NCBI RefSeq assembly: GCF_050299255.1
Contig: NZ_JBNKVP010000012.1
Location: 5,606 to 69,605, forward strand
DNA: 64,000 nt
Reading direction: 5' to 3'
DNA from: Vibrio sp.
GTDB taxonomy: Bacteria > Pseudomonadota > Gammaproteobacteria > Enterobacterales > Vibrionaceae
The notes beneath the pieces were generated by a model. It worked only from the letters and a program-made list of their open reading frames with translations, made no database searches and was not told the origin of the DNA. Positions 12,224 through 20,106 of the stretch are shown here, one piece after another. Position numbers and translations under genes: made by a program. The first letter of the stretch is position 1. Each line of letters opens with the position of its first letter.

Positions 12224-12692
12224 TTTGTATCCTTACACAAATTCCAGAGCGTATTTATGACAAGCTTGTTAGCAAGATGCAAGTCACTCTGTTGGTTTAA
12301 AATACCATTAAAATAAAAATGGTAGGTTATTATTTTGCAATTTGAAAATTTTGTTTGCATTTATTTCAATTTAGGTTGAGTTGACCTAATAGGAAGATCT
12401 GACACTGTATTCTCTAAATGTGCTCCTTAAAAAAGAAATTATTGACGAGATATTGGCATGGCTATGCAATTAAATGGGGTACTAAGACTGATGTGTGGTT
12501 TTTTATTCACGTAGCTTAGATCGGGCATAGTGCATTTTAATTTGAAATTTTCGCATTTGAGCTCATTTTTCACCATTCACGCCATTGATAGATAATTCTG
12601 AATCGAGCATTTGAAAATAAAATGTTAAAAAATGTCGTCTGTTAAGGATATCTCAGGGTCTAACTGCTGAACAGCCACTATTCTTGAGGCTG

Positions 12693-12745
12693 TTTTCGCG
12701 ATCCTTGTGGTATTTTGTCGCGATCCGTGCCATATTTCGTCGCAC
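12693..12745 (+). repeat. Imperfect ~22-nt tandem direct repeat (about 2.5 units) carrying two GATC sites
   Basis: TTTTCGCGATCCTTGTGGTA / TTTTGTCGCGATCCGTGCCATA / TTTCGTCGCAC. GATC sites at 12700-12703 and 12722-12725 are spaced 22 bp apart. The repeat ends 29 nt before the rraB ATG. Confidence 0.6.
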
Positions 12746-12773
12746 TTAACTTGAAGACTTTCCGGAGCCCGCT

Positions 12774-13193
12774 ATGTCTCATGAAGATGAATACATGTCT
12801 GTAGAAGAACTCATTGCGCTGCAAAAAGAAGATACGCGCGATATCGTCCAGGCCTTACTGGAAGATGGTAGTGATCCAGATGCTCTCTATGAGATTGAAC
12901 ATCACCTGTTCTCAGAAGATTTTGACCGGTTAGAAAAAGCAGTTGTGGAAGCGTTCAAAATGGGCTTTGAAGTACTGGAAGCCGAAGAAACCGAAGATGA
13001 AGACGGTAACAAGCTGCTCTGCTGTGATGCCACTATGCAATCGACTCTGAATCCGGATTTGATCGATCAGCAAGTTGAGAAACTGGTTCATCTGGCCGAA
13101 AAATACGACATTATCTATGATGGCTGGGGCACTTATTACGAAGGGGAAGATGCCCTTTATGGCGATGAAGAAGAAGACGAAGATATCGAATAA
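12774..13193 (+). CDS. rraB: RNase E inhibitor RraB
   Basis: 139-aa, very acidic protein with the [17 protein letters not shown] motif and a DEEEDEDIE tail, typical of RraB/YjgD. Confidence 0.9.
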   Translation: MSHEDEYMSVEELIALQKEDTRDIVQALLEDGSDPDALYEIEHHLFSEDFDRLEKAVVEAFKMGFEVLEAEETEDEDGNKLLCCDATMQSTLNPDLIDQQVEKLVHLAEKYDIIYDGWGTYYEGEDALYGDEEEDEDIE

Positions 13194-13213
13194 TCTGCCC
13201 TAACGATTCACCT

Positions 13214-13245
13214 AAAATACCAGCCTTCGCGCTGGTATTTTATTG
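13214..13245 (+). terminator. Intrinsic terminator after rraB
   Basis: AAAATACCAGC-CTTCGC-GCTGGTATTTTATT, starting 21 nt after the rraB stop. Confidence 0.8.
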
Positions 13246-13315
13246 AGTTACGATGGTTATTTGCGCGGCTATTCTCTATAATCGGCAAAATTGATCTCGC
13301 TCAAGTTTAGTCTCT

Positions 13316-14107
13316 ATGCAATTCTCTCTGGCTGGATGGTGGCAGTTGTCGCCGCTTACCGACCTTGCTATTCCTCAGGATGATATACACTTTCCCGCTC
13401 CGTTGAGTTCGGTTCTGCCGGCAGAGCTGTCAGAAGCTCAAGTAGCTGCGCAGGAGTGGCATCTAATGCATGATTTTATGCTGGATGACGGTCATATCAA
13501 TCATGCTGCAATCGATCTGGTGATCGCTGGGATCGACTATTTCGCCGAAGTGCGTATTAACGGTGTGGCGGTATTCGACTGTGACGGCTCTCAGGCCGTT
13601 TATCGGAAAGATATCAAGCCTTACCTTAAATCTGGTGGCAACCGAATCGAAATTCTGTTTCTTGAGCAGGAAGATGAGTGGTTAGTTGAAACCGCAGTGT
13701 GTGATTTGGGTGAACCAGAAGCGGTACCTCACGACTCTCGTATTGGTATCTGGGCTACTCCTTATCTGGAAATGATTCCCCAAGTACGATTACAGTATGT
13801 CGCAACAGAACAGGTCTGGCATCACGGTGGTGGCTGTGAGTTTCTGGTTGAACTGTTTTATCACTGCCTGAAACCGGGTTTGGTTGCCGCGCAAGTGAAG
13901 TTTAATGGTATGACGTTAAATGTTCCGCTCGATGTGCGTGATGATCATGCCAGCGTGCTATTTCAGGTTGAAGCTCCGCGCACTTATCGGTTAGAGCAAC
14001 CGGATCCAGCGGATCTCTATCTGCTGCAAGTCAGTTTAGACGGTCAGCAGCGCGAATTTCATATCGGACTGAACAGCAGTCAATGTGTGGTTCACTTTCC
14101 TTTATAA
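13316..14107 (+). CDS. Hypothetical protein resembling the N-terminal sugar-binding plus Ig-like domains of GH2 glycosidases; no catalytic domain
   Basis: 263 aa. The segments SLAGWWQL...W.L.HDF and YFAEVRINGVAVFDCDGSQAVYRKDIKPYLKSGGNRIEILF look like the jelly-roll N-domain of beta-mannosidase/GH2 enzymes. The ORF ends well before any TIM-barrel domain could occur. This is similarity by eye only. Confidence 0.6.
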   Translation: MQFSLAGWWQLSPLTDLAIPQDDIHFPAPLSSVLPAELSEAQVAAQEWHLMHDFMLDDGHINHAAIDLVIAGIDYFAEVRINGVAVFDCDGSQAVYRKDIKPYLKSGGNRIEILFLEQEDEWLVETAVCDLGEPEAVPHDSRIGIWATPYLEMIPQVRLQYVATEQVWHHGGGCEFLVELFYHCLKPGLVAAQVKFNGMTLNVPLDVRDDHASVLFQVEAPRTYRLEQPDPADLYLLQVSLDGQQREFHIGLNSSQCVVHFPL

Positions 14108-14124
14108 GGTATATGGTGAGCAAG

Positions 14125-14517
14125 TCAGATTGACTGTGCACTGAGGGATGCCTCCGGATGGCGGCGTCGCCAAAAGCGTTCATGAAAGAAGTACGCGACC
14201 GTGTTACACGCGGGTTCAATCACTGCCAGCACTCCGCCGACCAACAGATCTCCGGTGATAAGGTACACCACGCCGACTGCTACCGAAAAATGTATGGTTG
14301 CAAAACTAACGGTTTTAATCTGCGCGGAACTCGTCATACGGCGCAGTATGTTCGCCCTTTTCCAGATCACTTCATGGGCATAAAATGCCAGCGAGTTGAT
14401 CATCGGCTCGATCATAGCGATCAGGCTGCCAAACAGGATATCACCCGTCAGCAGATAAGCGAGGGTAAAGGCGATAGTGAAATGGATCGCTGCAAAATTT
14501 ATAGTTTTCTTGATCAT
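14125..14517 (-). CDS. Small membrane protein with two tandem DUF2061-like repeats
   Basis: The track ORF starts at GTG 14526. The ATG at 14517 has a better SD (GAGGTG, 6-nt spacer), giving 130 aa. The two halves are homologous: INFAAIHFTIAFTLAYLLTGDILFGSLIAMIEPMINSLAFYAHEVIWKR versus VSFATIHFSVAVGVVYLITGDLLVGGVLAVIEPACNTVAYFFHERFWRR. Confidence 0.75.
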   Translation of the reverse strand: MIKKTINFAAIHFTIAFTLAYLLTGDILFGSLIAMIEPMINSLAFYAHEVIWKRANILRRMTSSAQIKTVSFATIHFSVAVGVVYLITGDLLVGGVLAVIEPACNTVAYFFHERFWRRRHPEASLSAQSI

Positions 14518-14546
14518 CTTGACCACCTCATCAATTCGACACGTTT

Positions 14547-14575
14547 ATTATTGATAATCATTATCATTTAGGCAA
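14547..14575 (-). promoter_or_regulatory. Predicted sigma70 promoter with an overlapping near-consensus Fur box, upstream of the DUF2061 gene
   Basis: ATTATTGATAATCATTATC (14547-14565) matches the 19-bp Fur consensus GATAATGATAATCATTATC at 16/19 positions. On the minus strand, TTGCCT (14575-14570), a 17-nt spacer and AATAAT (14552-14547) form a promoter whose -10 element and spacer lie inside the box. Confidence 0.65.
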
Positions 14576-14627
14576 ATAAATTTTACCTATTTGTCTGATA
14601 GGCAGCTGCAAAAGTTTTTCGCTGAGG

Positions 14628-14656
14628 CAAAAAAAAGACGCTGCAACAGCGTCTTT
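14628..14656 (-). terminator. Intrinsic terminator after the usp gene
   Basis: Minus strand reads AAAGACGCTG-TTG-CAGCGTCTTTTTTTTGCC, a 9-bp stem plus an 8-T run, 26 nt after the usp stop. Confidence 0.88.
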
Positions 14657-14681
14657 GATCTGACAGAGAGAAGAAGAGTGT

Positions 14682-15119
14682 TTAGCCGTTTGGTTTGACC
14701 ACCAAAACGTTAATCGGCGAGTTCTGTACCACTTTACTGGCCACCGAGCCCAGTACGACTTTATCGATCTTGGAGCGTTTATGGCTTGGCATCACGATCA
14801 AATCAGCGCCTAATTTTTCCGCATACTCCAGAATAGTCGTCCAGGCTTTGCCTTCGGCGACGTGGGTCTGGTAAACCACATCCTCCGGCACGTGACTCAA
14901 GGCGAATTGTTTGAGCTGATTCTGCACGTCTCGCTTCATCTTTAACGCCGCATCTTTGGGAAAGTACGATTGCACCATAGACATGTGGATGCCAGGAAGC
15001 ACGGTGAGCAGATGAACCTGAGCGTTGGCATGTTTAGCATGCCAAACTGCCAGCTCCAACGCTCGGTCGGAGAAGCCTTGATCGTTGAGATCAACGGGAA
15101 CAAGAATTTGTTTATACAT
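14682..15119 (-). CDS. Universal stress protein (UspA family)
   Basis: 145 aa with MYKQILVPVDL at the N-terminus and GSVASKVVQNSPINVLVV at the C-terminus, typical of the Usp fold. It lies directly downstream of the TRAP permease. Confidence 0.88.
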   Translation of the reverse strand: MYKQILVPVDLNDQGFSDRALELAVWHAKHANAQVHLLTVLPGIHMSMVQSYFPKDAALKMKRDVQNQLKQFALSHVPEDVVYQTHVAEGKAWTTILEYAEKLGADLIVMPSHKRSKIDKVVLGSVASKVVQNSPINVLVVKPNG

Positions 15120-15193
15120 GGGATTATCTCTGCAATATCTCTATCATTAACTTAAGTTTAGCCCCACCTGAGTCAATCAGGTGAGGCCGCGAA

Positions 15194-17773
15194 TCAAGCT
15201 TTCATTTCCTGTTTTCTGGCGCGTCGGCGTTGGTTGTAGCCGATGGCAAACAACAGCAGCAGTGCAGGCAGGAATGCCCACTCTTTCATTGGCCGATCAG
15301 CGTCCTGAATGACGGATTGAATTTGCCAGTCGAAATCAATACCGGCCGCCTCTGCCGGACTGCCGAACTCAACCATATCGACTAACATTTTGCCGTCGGA
15401 CTCCATTAAAGTCAGGCCCATTGAACTGAAGCGGTCTTCTGCCGTGGTAGCATCGTCAGCAAACGGCAGTATTACCGTTTTCTCAACATGCTTACCGGTC
15501 AGGGTTTCGCCCGCCACTCGCAGTTGAATCGGTTGGCCAATATCCAGCCCTTCAACCACTTGTGCTGCTTGGATACCCGGAGTAACCACGGTGGCCGGAT
15601 AAATCATGTCCCACCAGAAGCCAGGCCGGAAGAAGCTGAAAGTTAGCACCAGTAACAGTACGGTTTCCCACCATTTGTTCTTGGTAAACCACCATCCCTG
15701 AGTGGCTGCCGAGAAGATCAGCATGGCGATAATCGAGGAGAACACTGTCAGCGCCAGATGCCACCAGGTATCGATCCCCATCAATAACAGCTGGGTATTG
15801 AACACGAACATGAATGGCAGGATCGCGGTGCGGATATCGTAGGTGAAGCCCTGGATACCGGTTCGGATCGGGTCCGATTTGGCGATCGCGGCGGCGGCGA
15901 AAGCCGCCAAGCCAACCGGCGGCGTATCATCTGCCAGAATACCGAAGTAGAACACAAACAAGTGTACGGCGATCAATGGAATGATCAGGCCATGCTGTGC
16001 GCCTAAGGTAACAATAACCGGAGCCATCAGTGTCGACACCACAATATAGTTTGCCGTAGTCGGCAGACCCATACCGAGAATCAAACTGATCAAAGCGGTA
16101 AACAGCAGCATTAGGATCACGCTACCACCGGAAATGAATTCGACGAACTCGGTCATCACCAGGCCAATACCGGTCAGAGTAACCACACCGACCACGGTAC
16201 CGGCAGCAGCAGTCGCGACACCAATACCGATCATGTTTCGACCACCGGCAACTAAGCTTTCAGCCAGATCGATAAAGCCTTCTTTCACCTGTTGGGAAAC
16301 ATCGCCAGTTTTTGCCATCAGTGCAATCAACGGACGTTGGGTGAGCAGAATGAAGATCATAAATACCGTCGCCCAGAAAGCCGACAGGCCCGGAGAGAAC
16401 CTTTCTACCGTCAGACACCAGACCAGTACTACGATTGGTAGCAGGAAGTGCAGACCGGATTTGATGGTTGGCCCCGCATCGGGCACTTCTGTGAGTTCAG
16501 TATCTAAGTCGATAGCGCCATCTTCTAAGTGGTTGGCTGAAATCTTAACCAGAGCTATGTACGTCACTAGCAGCGCTATGGTCACTATCGGGGTCGCGGC
16601 GGCGCCGAAGACATCTTTGGTCCAGCCCACGCCATAATAGACAGCCGCACTAATAACACATAATCCCAGAATGGTACCGGTAAAGGAAAGCAGGCTGTGT
16701 AACAAGGTAGGGGTGTGCCGGCGCGGTAGTCCGGTCATGCCGGCTTTACACGCTTCCAAATGGACGATGTAAATCAGCGCAATATAGGAGATCAGTGCTG
16801 GCAGCAGGGCGGCCTTAATAACCTCAACGTAAGAGATACCCACGTACTCCACCATCAGAAACGCAGCAGCGCCCATAATAGGCGGCGTCAACTGACCGTT
16901 GGTTGAAGCGGCCACTTCTACTGCACCCGCTTTGCTGCCCGGAAAACCAACCCGTTTCATTAAAGGAATGGTAAAGGTCCCGGTTGTCACCACGTTAGCA
17001 ATCGAAGAGCCTGAAACCAGGCCGGACAGCCCTGACGCGACCACGGCAGCCTTAGCTGGTCCGCCGCGCATATGTCCCAGCAGCGAGAATGCGACTTTGA
17101 TAAAGTATGCGCCAGCGCCAGCGCGCTCCAGCATGGCACCAAACAGTACAAACAGGAATACAAATGAGGTTGATACCCCAAGCGCGACCCCGAATACCCC
17201 TTCGGTGGTCAGCCACAGATGCGACATTGCTTTGTTCAGGCTGGCACCTTTATGGGCAATGACGTCGGGCATATGAGGACCGGCGAAGGTATAGAGCAGG
17301 AAGACTGCGGCGACCACCATCAGTGGAGGTCCTAAAGCGCGGCGGGTCGCTTCCAACAGAAGAATCATCCCGGTCACGGCAGCGACAATATCAAACGTAG
17401 TTGGCGCTCCTGAGCGACCGGCCAGTTCGGTATAGAAAAGGTAAATGTAAGCTGCAGAAAAACTGCCCGCCAGCGCCAGCAGCCAGTCGATGAACGGAAT
17501 ATGATCTCGTGGCGAGTGTTTCAAGGCCGGATAAGCGGTGAAAGCGAGGAAGATCGCAAAGGTTAAATGAATCGAGCGAGCTTCGGTGTCGTTCAGTACA
17601 CCAAAATTGAATATAAATGGTAGTGGTGAGGCATACCATAATTGAAACAGTGACCAACAGAGTGGTACCAACCACAATATTCGGCCAGGGATCCCTGAAG
17701 GATTGCGCGCACCGGTATCCGCTTGGGCCACCATCTCTTGCACATCTTGCGACGGGGTAGTTGTCTGCGTCAT
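15194..17773 (-). CDS. TRAP transporter fused permease (TAXI type) with a C-terminal extra domain
   Basis: 859 aa and highly hydrophobic over about 700 aa. The roughly 130-aa C-terminal soluble segment contains FGSPAEAAGIDF and is followed by a final TM helix. It is adjacent to a TAXI solute receptor. Confidence 0.9.
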   Translation of the reverse strand: MTQTTTPSQDVQEMVAQADTGARNPSGIPGRILWLVPLCWSLFQLWYASPLPFIFNFGVLNDTEARSIHLTFAIFLAFTAYPALKHSPRDHIPFIDWLLALAGSFSAAYIYLFYTELAGRSGAPTTFDIVAAVTGMILLLEATRRALGPPLMVVAAVFLLYTFAGPHMPDVIAHKGASLNKAMSHLWLTTEGVFGVALGVSTSFVFLFVLFGAMLERAGAGAYFIKVAFSLLGHMRGGPAKAAVVASGLSGLVSGSSIANVVTTGTFTIPLMKRVGFPGSKAGAVEVAASTNGQLTPPIMGAAAFLMVEYVGISYVEVIKAALLPALISYIALIYIVHLEACKAGMTGLPRRHTPTLLHSLLSFTGTILGLCVISAAVYYGVGWTKDVFGAAATPIVTIALLVTYIALVKISANHLEDGAIDLDTELTEVPDAGPTIKSGLHFLLPIVVLVWCLTVERFSPGLSAFWATVFMIFILLTQRPLIALMAKTGDVSQQVKEGFIDLAESLVAGGRNMIGIGVATAAAGTVVGVVTLTGIGLVMTEFVEFISGGSVILMLLFTALISLILGMGLPTTANYIVVSTLMAPVIVTLGAQHGLIIPLIAVHLFVFYFGILADDTPPVGLAAFAAAAIAKSDPIRTGIQGFTYDIRTAILPFMFVFNTQLLLMGIDTWWHLALTVFSSIIAMLIFSAATQGWWFTKNKWWETVLLLVLTFSFFRPGFWWDMIYPATVVTPGIQAAQVVEGLDIGQPIQLRVAGETLTGKHVEKTVILPFADDATTAEDRFSSMGLTLMESDGKMLVDMVEFGSPAEAAGIDFDWQIQSVIQDADRPMKEWAFLPALLLLFAIGYNQRRRARKQEMKA

Positions 17774-17960
17774 GTACGTTATCCTTATAATTTATGGTCC
17801 ATCAGAGCTTCGAGGTACAGTTAATGAGCAATTAAAAGTCTAGGTAATTACAGTCAAATTGCTTAACTGAGCGTCGAGAAAACGAAATGAAGTTAAATGC
17901 GGTTTTCGAATCGGTGGAAAACCAATAGAAGATAAGCCGTAAACACTGAATTCAGTCAAT

Positions 17961-17992
17961 CAATACAGGGAGGTTAAAACCTCCCTGTATTG
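17961..17992 (-). other. Perfect 13-bp stem-loop between the TRAP receptor and permease genes
   Basis: CAATACAGGGAGG-TTAAAA-CCTCCCTGTATTG, 14 nt after the receptor stop. It lacks a clean T-run, so it is a candidate intra-operon attenuator or mRNA-stabilising hairpin. Confidence 0.6.
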
Positions 17993-18005
17993 GAGTGATC
18001 CATCG

Positions 18006-18974
18006 TTATTTGATCAGGCCCACTTCTTTGTAGTATTTCTCAGCACCAGGGTGCAGAGGAATAGACAGACCAGCTTTCACCATGTCTTCTTTTTTCAGGT
18101 TGGCAAACGCTGGGTGTAGACGCTTGAAGGTGTCAAAATCTTCAAACACTGCTTTGGCGACGTTATAAGCCACTTCGTCAGATACGTCAGAGGTAGTCAC
18201 CATAGTTGCAGCAACACCAAAGCTGTGGACGTCTTCATCGGTACCGCGGTACATGCCAGCCGGTACTGTGCTGTAAGCATAGTAAGGGTTGTCAGCTACG
18301 ATTTTATCGATTTGCGGACCAGTGGCGGAAACCAGTTTGGCGTCACAAGAAGTAGTCGCTTCTTTGATTGAACCGTTCGGGTGGCCCACCATGTAGATAA
18401 AGGCGTCAATCTTGTTATCACACAGGGCTTGTGAACGCTCAGAACCTTTCAGCTCAGATGCCAGTTTAAAGCTGTCATTGGTCCAGCCAAAAGCATCCAT
18501 CACCACACCCATCGTGGCGCGGTCACCAGAGCCAGGGTTACCAATGTTAACGCGTTTACCTTTCAGATCCGCGACGCCATTGATGCCTGAATCGGCACGG
18601 GCAATGATGTTATACGGTTCAGTATGCAGAGAGAACATGGCACGCAGTTTCTTGTACGGACCTTGCTCTTCAAACTTACTGCTACCGTTGTAGCCGTGGA
18701 ATTGCCAGTCAGACTGAACAATACCAAAATCCAGCTCGCCGGCACGGATGGTATTGACGTTATAGATAGAACCGCCAGTCGATTCTACAGAACAACGAAT
18801 ATTGTGTTCTTTACGTCCTTTATTGACCAACTTACAGATGGCACCACCGGTAGGGTAGTAAACCCCGGTTACTGAACCGGTACCAATAGTAATGAACTCT
18901 TGAGCGTTCACGGTGCCAGCCCCCATGACAGCTGCCGCGATCGCACCGACTTGCAATAGTTTGTTAAATGCCAT
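18006..18974 (-). CDS. TAXI-family TRAP transporter solute receptor
   Basis: The track ORF extends to 19013. The ATG at 18974 is preceded by AAGGAAGGG and gives MAFNKLLQVGAIAAAVMGAGTVNAQE, a signal peptide. The mature part contains GTGSVTGVYYPTGGAICK, typical of TAXI receptors. Confidence 0.9.
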   Translation of the reverse strand: MAFNKLLQVGAIAAAVMGAGTVNAQEFITIGTGSVTGVYYPTGGAICKLVNKGRKEHNIRCSVESTGGSIYNVNTIRAGELDFGIVQSDWQFHGYNGSSKFEEQGPYKKLRAMFSLHTEPYNIIARADSGINGVADLKGKRVNIGNPGSGDRATMGVVMDAFGWTNDSFKLASELKGSERSQALCDNKIDAFIYMVGHPNGSIKEATTSCDAKLVSATGPQIDKIVADNPYYAYSTVPAGMYRGTDEDVHSFGVAATMVTTSDVSDEVAYNVAKAVFEDFDTFKRLHPAFANLKKEDMVKAGLSIPLHPGAEKYYKEVGLIK

Positions 18975-19251
18975 GTATTTCCCTTCCTTAATTCTTGATT
19001 TACCCCTAGACAAGTGTAGTTGCTTAGGGGGTTTCCTTGATTGGAAACGGCATCTTTTTCGATCGGATTGATGAAAAAGTGGCTGAATAATACCAAAAAA
19101 ACCAAATATAATTATAGACTTGCACAGATAGTCAGTGAATTAGTCTTTGAGAGGAGCTTAAGGCTTAGTGAATGTCTTGTAATTAAACTGTTAAATATCA
19201 ATCAGTTAGGTTTGATTAAATAGGTTTAGTTTGATTTTGTTAATAATGTGA

Positions 19252-19283
19252 AATAAGTCACGATTTTTATGGCGTGACTTATT
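19252..19283 (-). terminator. Hairpin terminator after argR
   Basis: AATAAGTCACG with a 10-nt loop and CGTGACTTATT (11-bp stem), 21 nt after the argR stop. The trailing sequence on the minus strand (TTCACATTATT) is only moderately T-rich. Confidence 0.55.
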
Positions 19284-19304
19284 GCAAAAACGAAGATATA
19301 GACC

Positions 19305-19775
19305 TTATCCGTGGTATTCGAACAGTTCGCATACCGAGCTAAATAGCTGATCGGTAGTAATGTTTAGTGTTGGCGTGATAAAAATGGTGTCGTCGCCCGC
19401 TACCACGCCCAGAATCCCTTCTGCTTTACCCAATGAATCCAGCAAGCGGGCGATCAACTGCGCGGCTCCGGGACCGGTATGGATAACGACCAATGCCTGG
19501 TTGTGGTCAATATCGAGCACCAGTTCGCGTAGAGAGCTGGAAACTGTCGGTACACCCAACTCTGCCGGTAGGCAGTAGACCATTTCCATTTTTGCATTTC
19601 GGGTGCGCACCGCCCCAAACTTGGTAAGCATGCGAGAGACTTTGGATTGGTTGATGTTTTCAAAGCCTTCATTTTTTAACGCGTCGACAATGTCGCCCTG
19701 GGAACCAAAGCGTTCCTCTTTTAGCAGTGCTTTAAAGGCGCGGACCAGGTTATCTTGTTTTTCTGAATTACGCAT
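19305..19775 (-). CDS. argR: Arginine repressor
   Basis: 156 aa with a winged-helix N-domain ([19 protein letters not shown]) and a C-terminal oligomerisation/arginine-binding domain ([11 protein letters not shown]). Confidence 0.95.
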   Translation of the reverse strand: MRNSEKQDNLVRAFKALLKEERFGSQGDIVDALKNEGFENINQSKVSRMLTKFGAVRTRNAKMEMVYCLPAELGVPTVSSSLRELVLDIDHNQALVVIHTGPGAAQLIARLLDSLGKAEGILGVVAGDDTIFITPTLNITTDQLFSSVCELFEYHG

Positions 19776-19800
19776 AATACTGATTTAACCGTCAGTGAAG

Positions 19801-19836
19801 ATGAATTTCGTGCATATTTTCGCATAGCTATGCAGT
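19801..19836. promoter_or_regulatory. Candidate ArgR autoregulatory operator (TGCAT/TGAAT-rich palindromic cluster)
   Basis: ATGAATTTCGTGCATATTTTCGCATAGCTATGCAGT lies 26-61 nt upstream of the argR ATG. It contains ARG-box-like halves and the 12-bp perfect palindrome GCATAGCTATGC. The alignment to the ARG-box consensus is imperfect. Confidence 0.35.
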
Positions 19837-19922
19837 TTGCAGCAAACCGGGTGGTCAAATATGTTCAGTCTATCACTGTAAACTTTGCGCGCTTTCTAAT
19901 ATTGAATGTCATTTAACTTATT

Positions 19923-19940
19923 GTTAATTAAGTAATTATA
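19923..19940. promoter_or_regulatory. ArcA-P-like site in the mdh upstream region (weak call)
   Basis: GTTAATTAAGTAATTATA resembles the GTTAATTAA core of ArcA response-regulator sites. E. coli mdh is ArcA-repressed. This is based on pattern only. Confidence 0.25.
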
Positions 19941-20106
19941 TTGATATTTATAACAAGGGGTGAGATGGGGGAAATCACCCTTGAGCGAGGTCGCAAAGCT
20001 GGCGTTAATTGATTGTAATCAAGTTGTAATTGCTATAGGTTGGGCATACCTGATTATGTATCACCGACAACATATATAAGAGAGCTCATCTCAAGGAGAA
20101 ACTACA

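Noticed and set aside
12330-12370. ARG-box, Fnr or CRP sites in the arcA upstream region, for example TGCATTTATTTCAA and TGTGG-N8-TCACG.
   Set aside because: The half-site spacing or the second half-site does not fit the consensus in any alignment I tried. Only the repeated ATTTGAAA motif is reported, and it is not assigned to a regulator.
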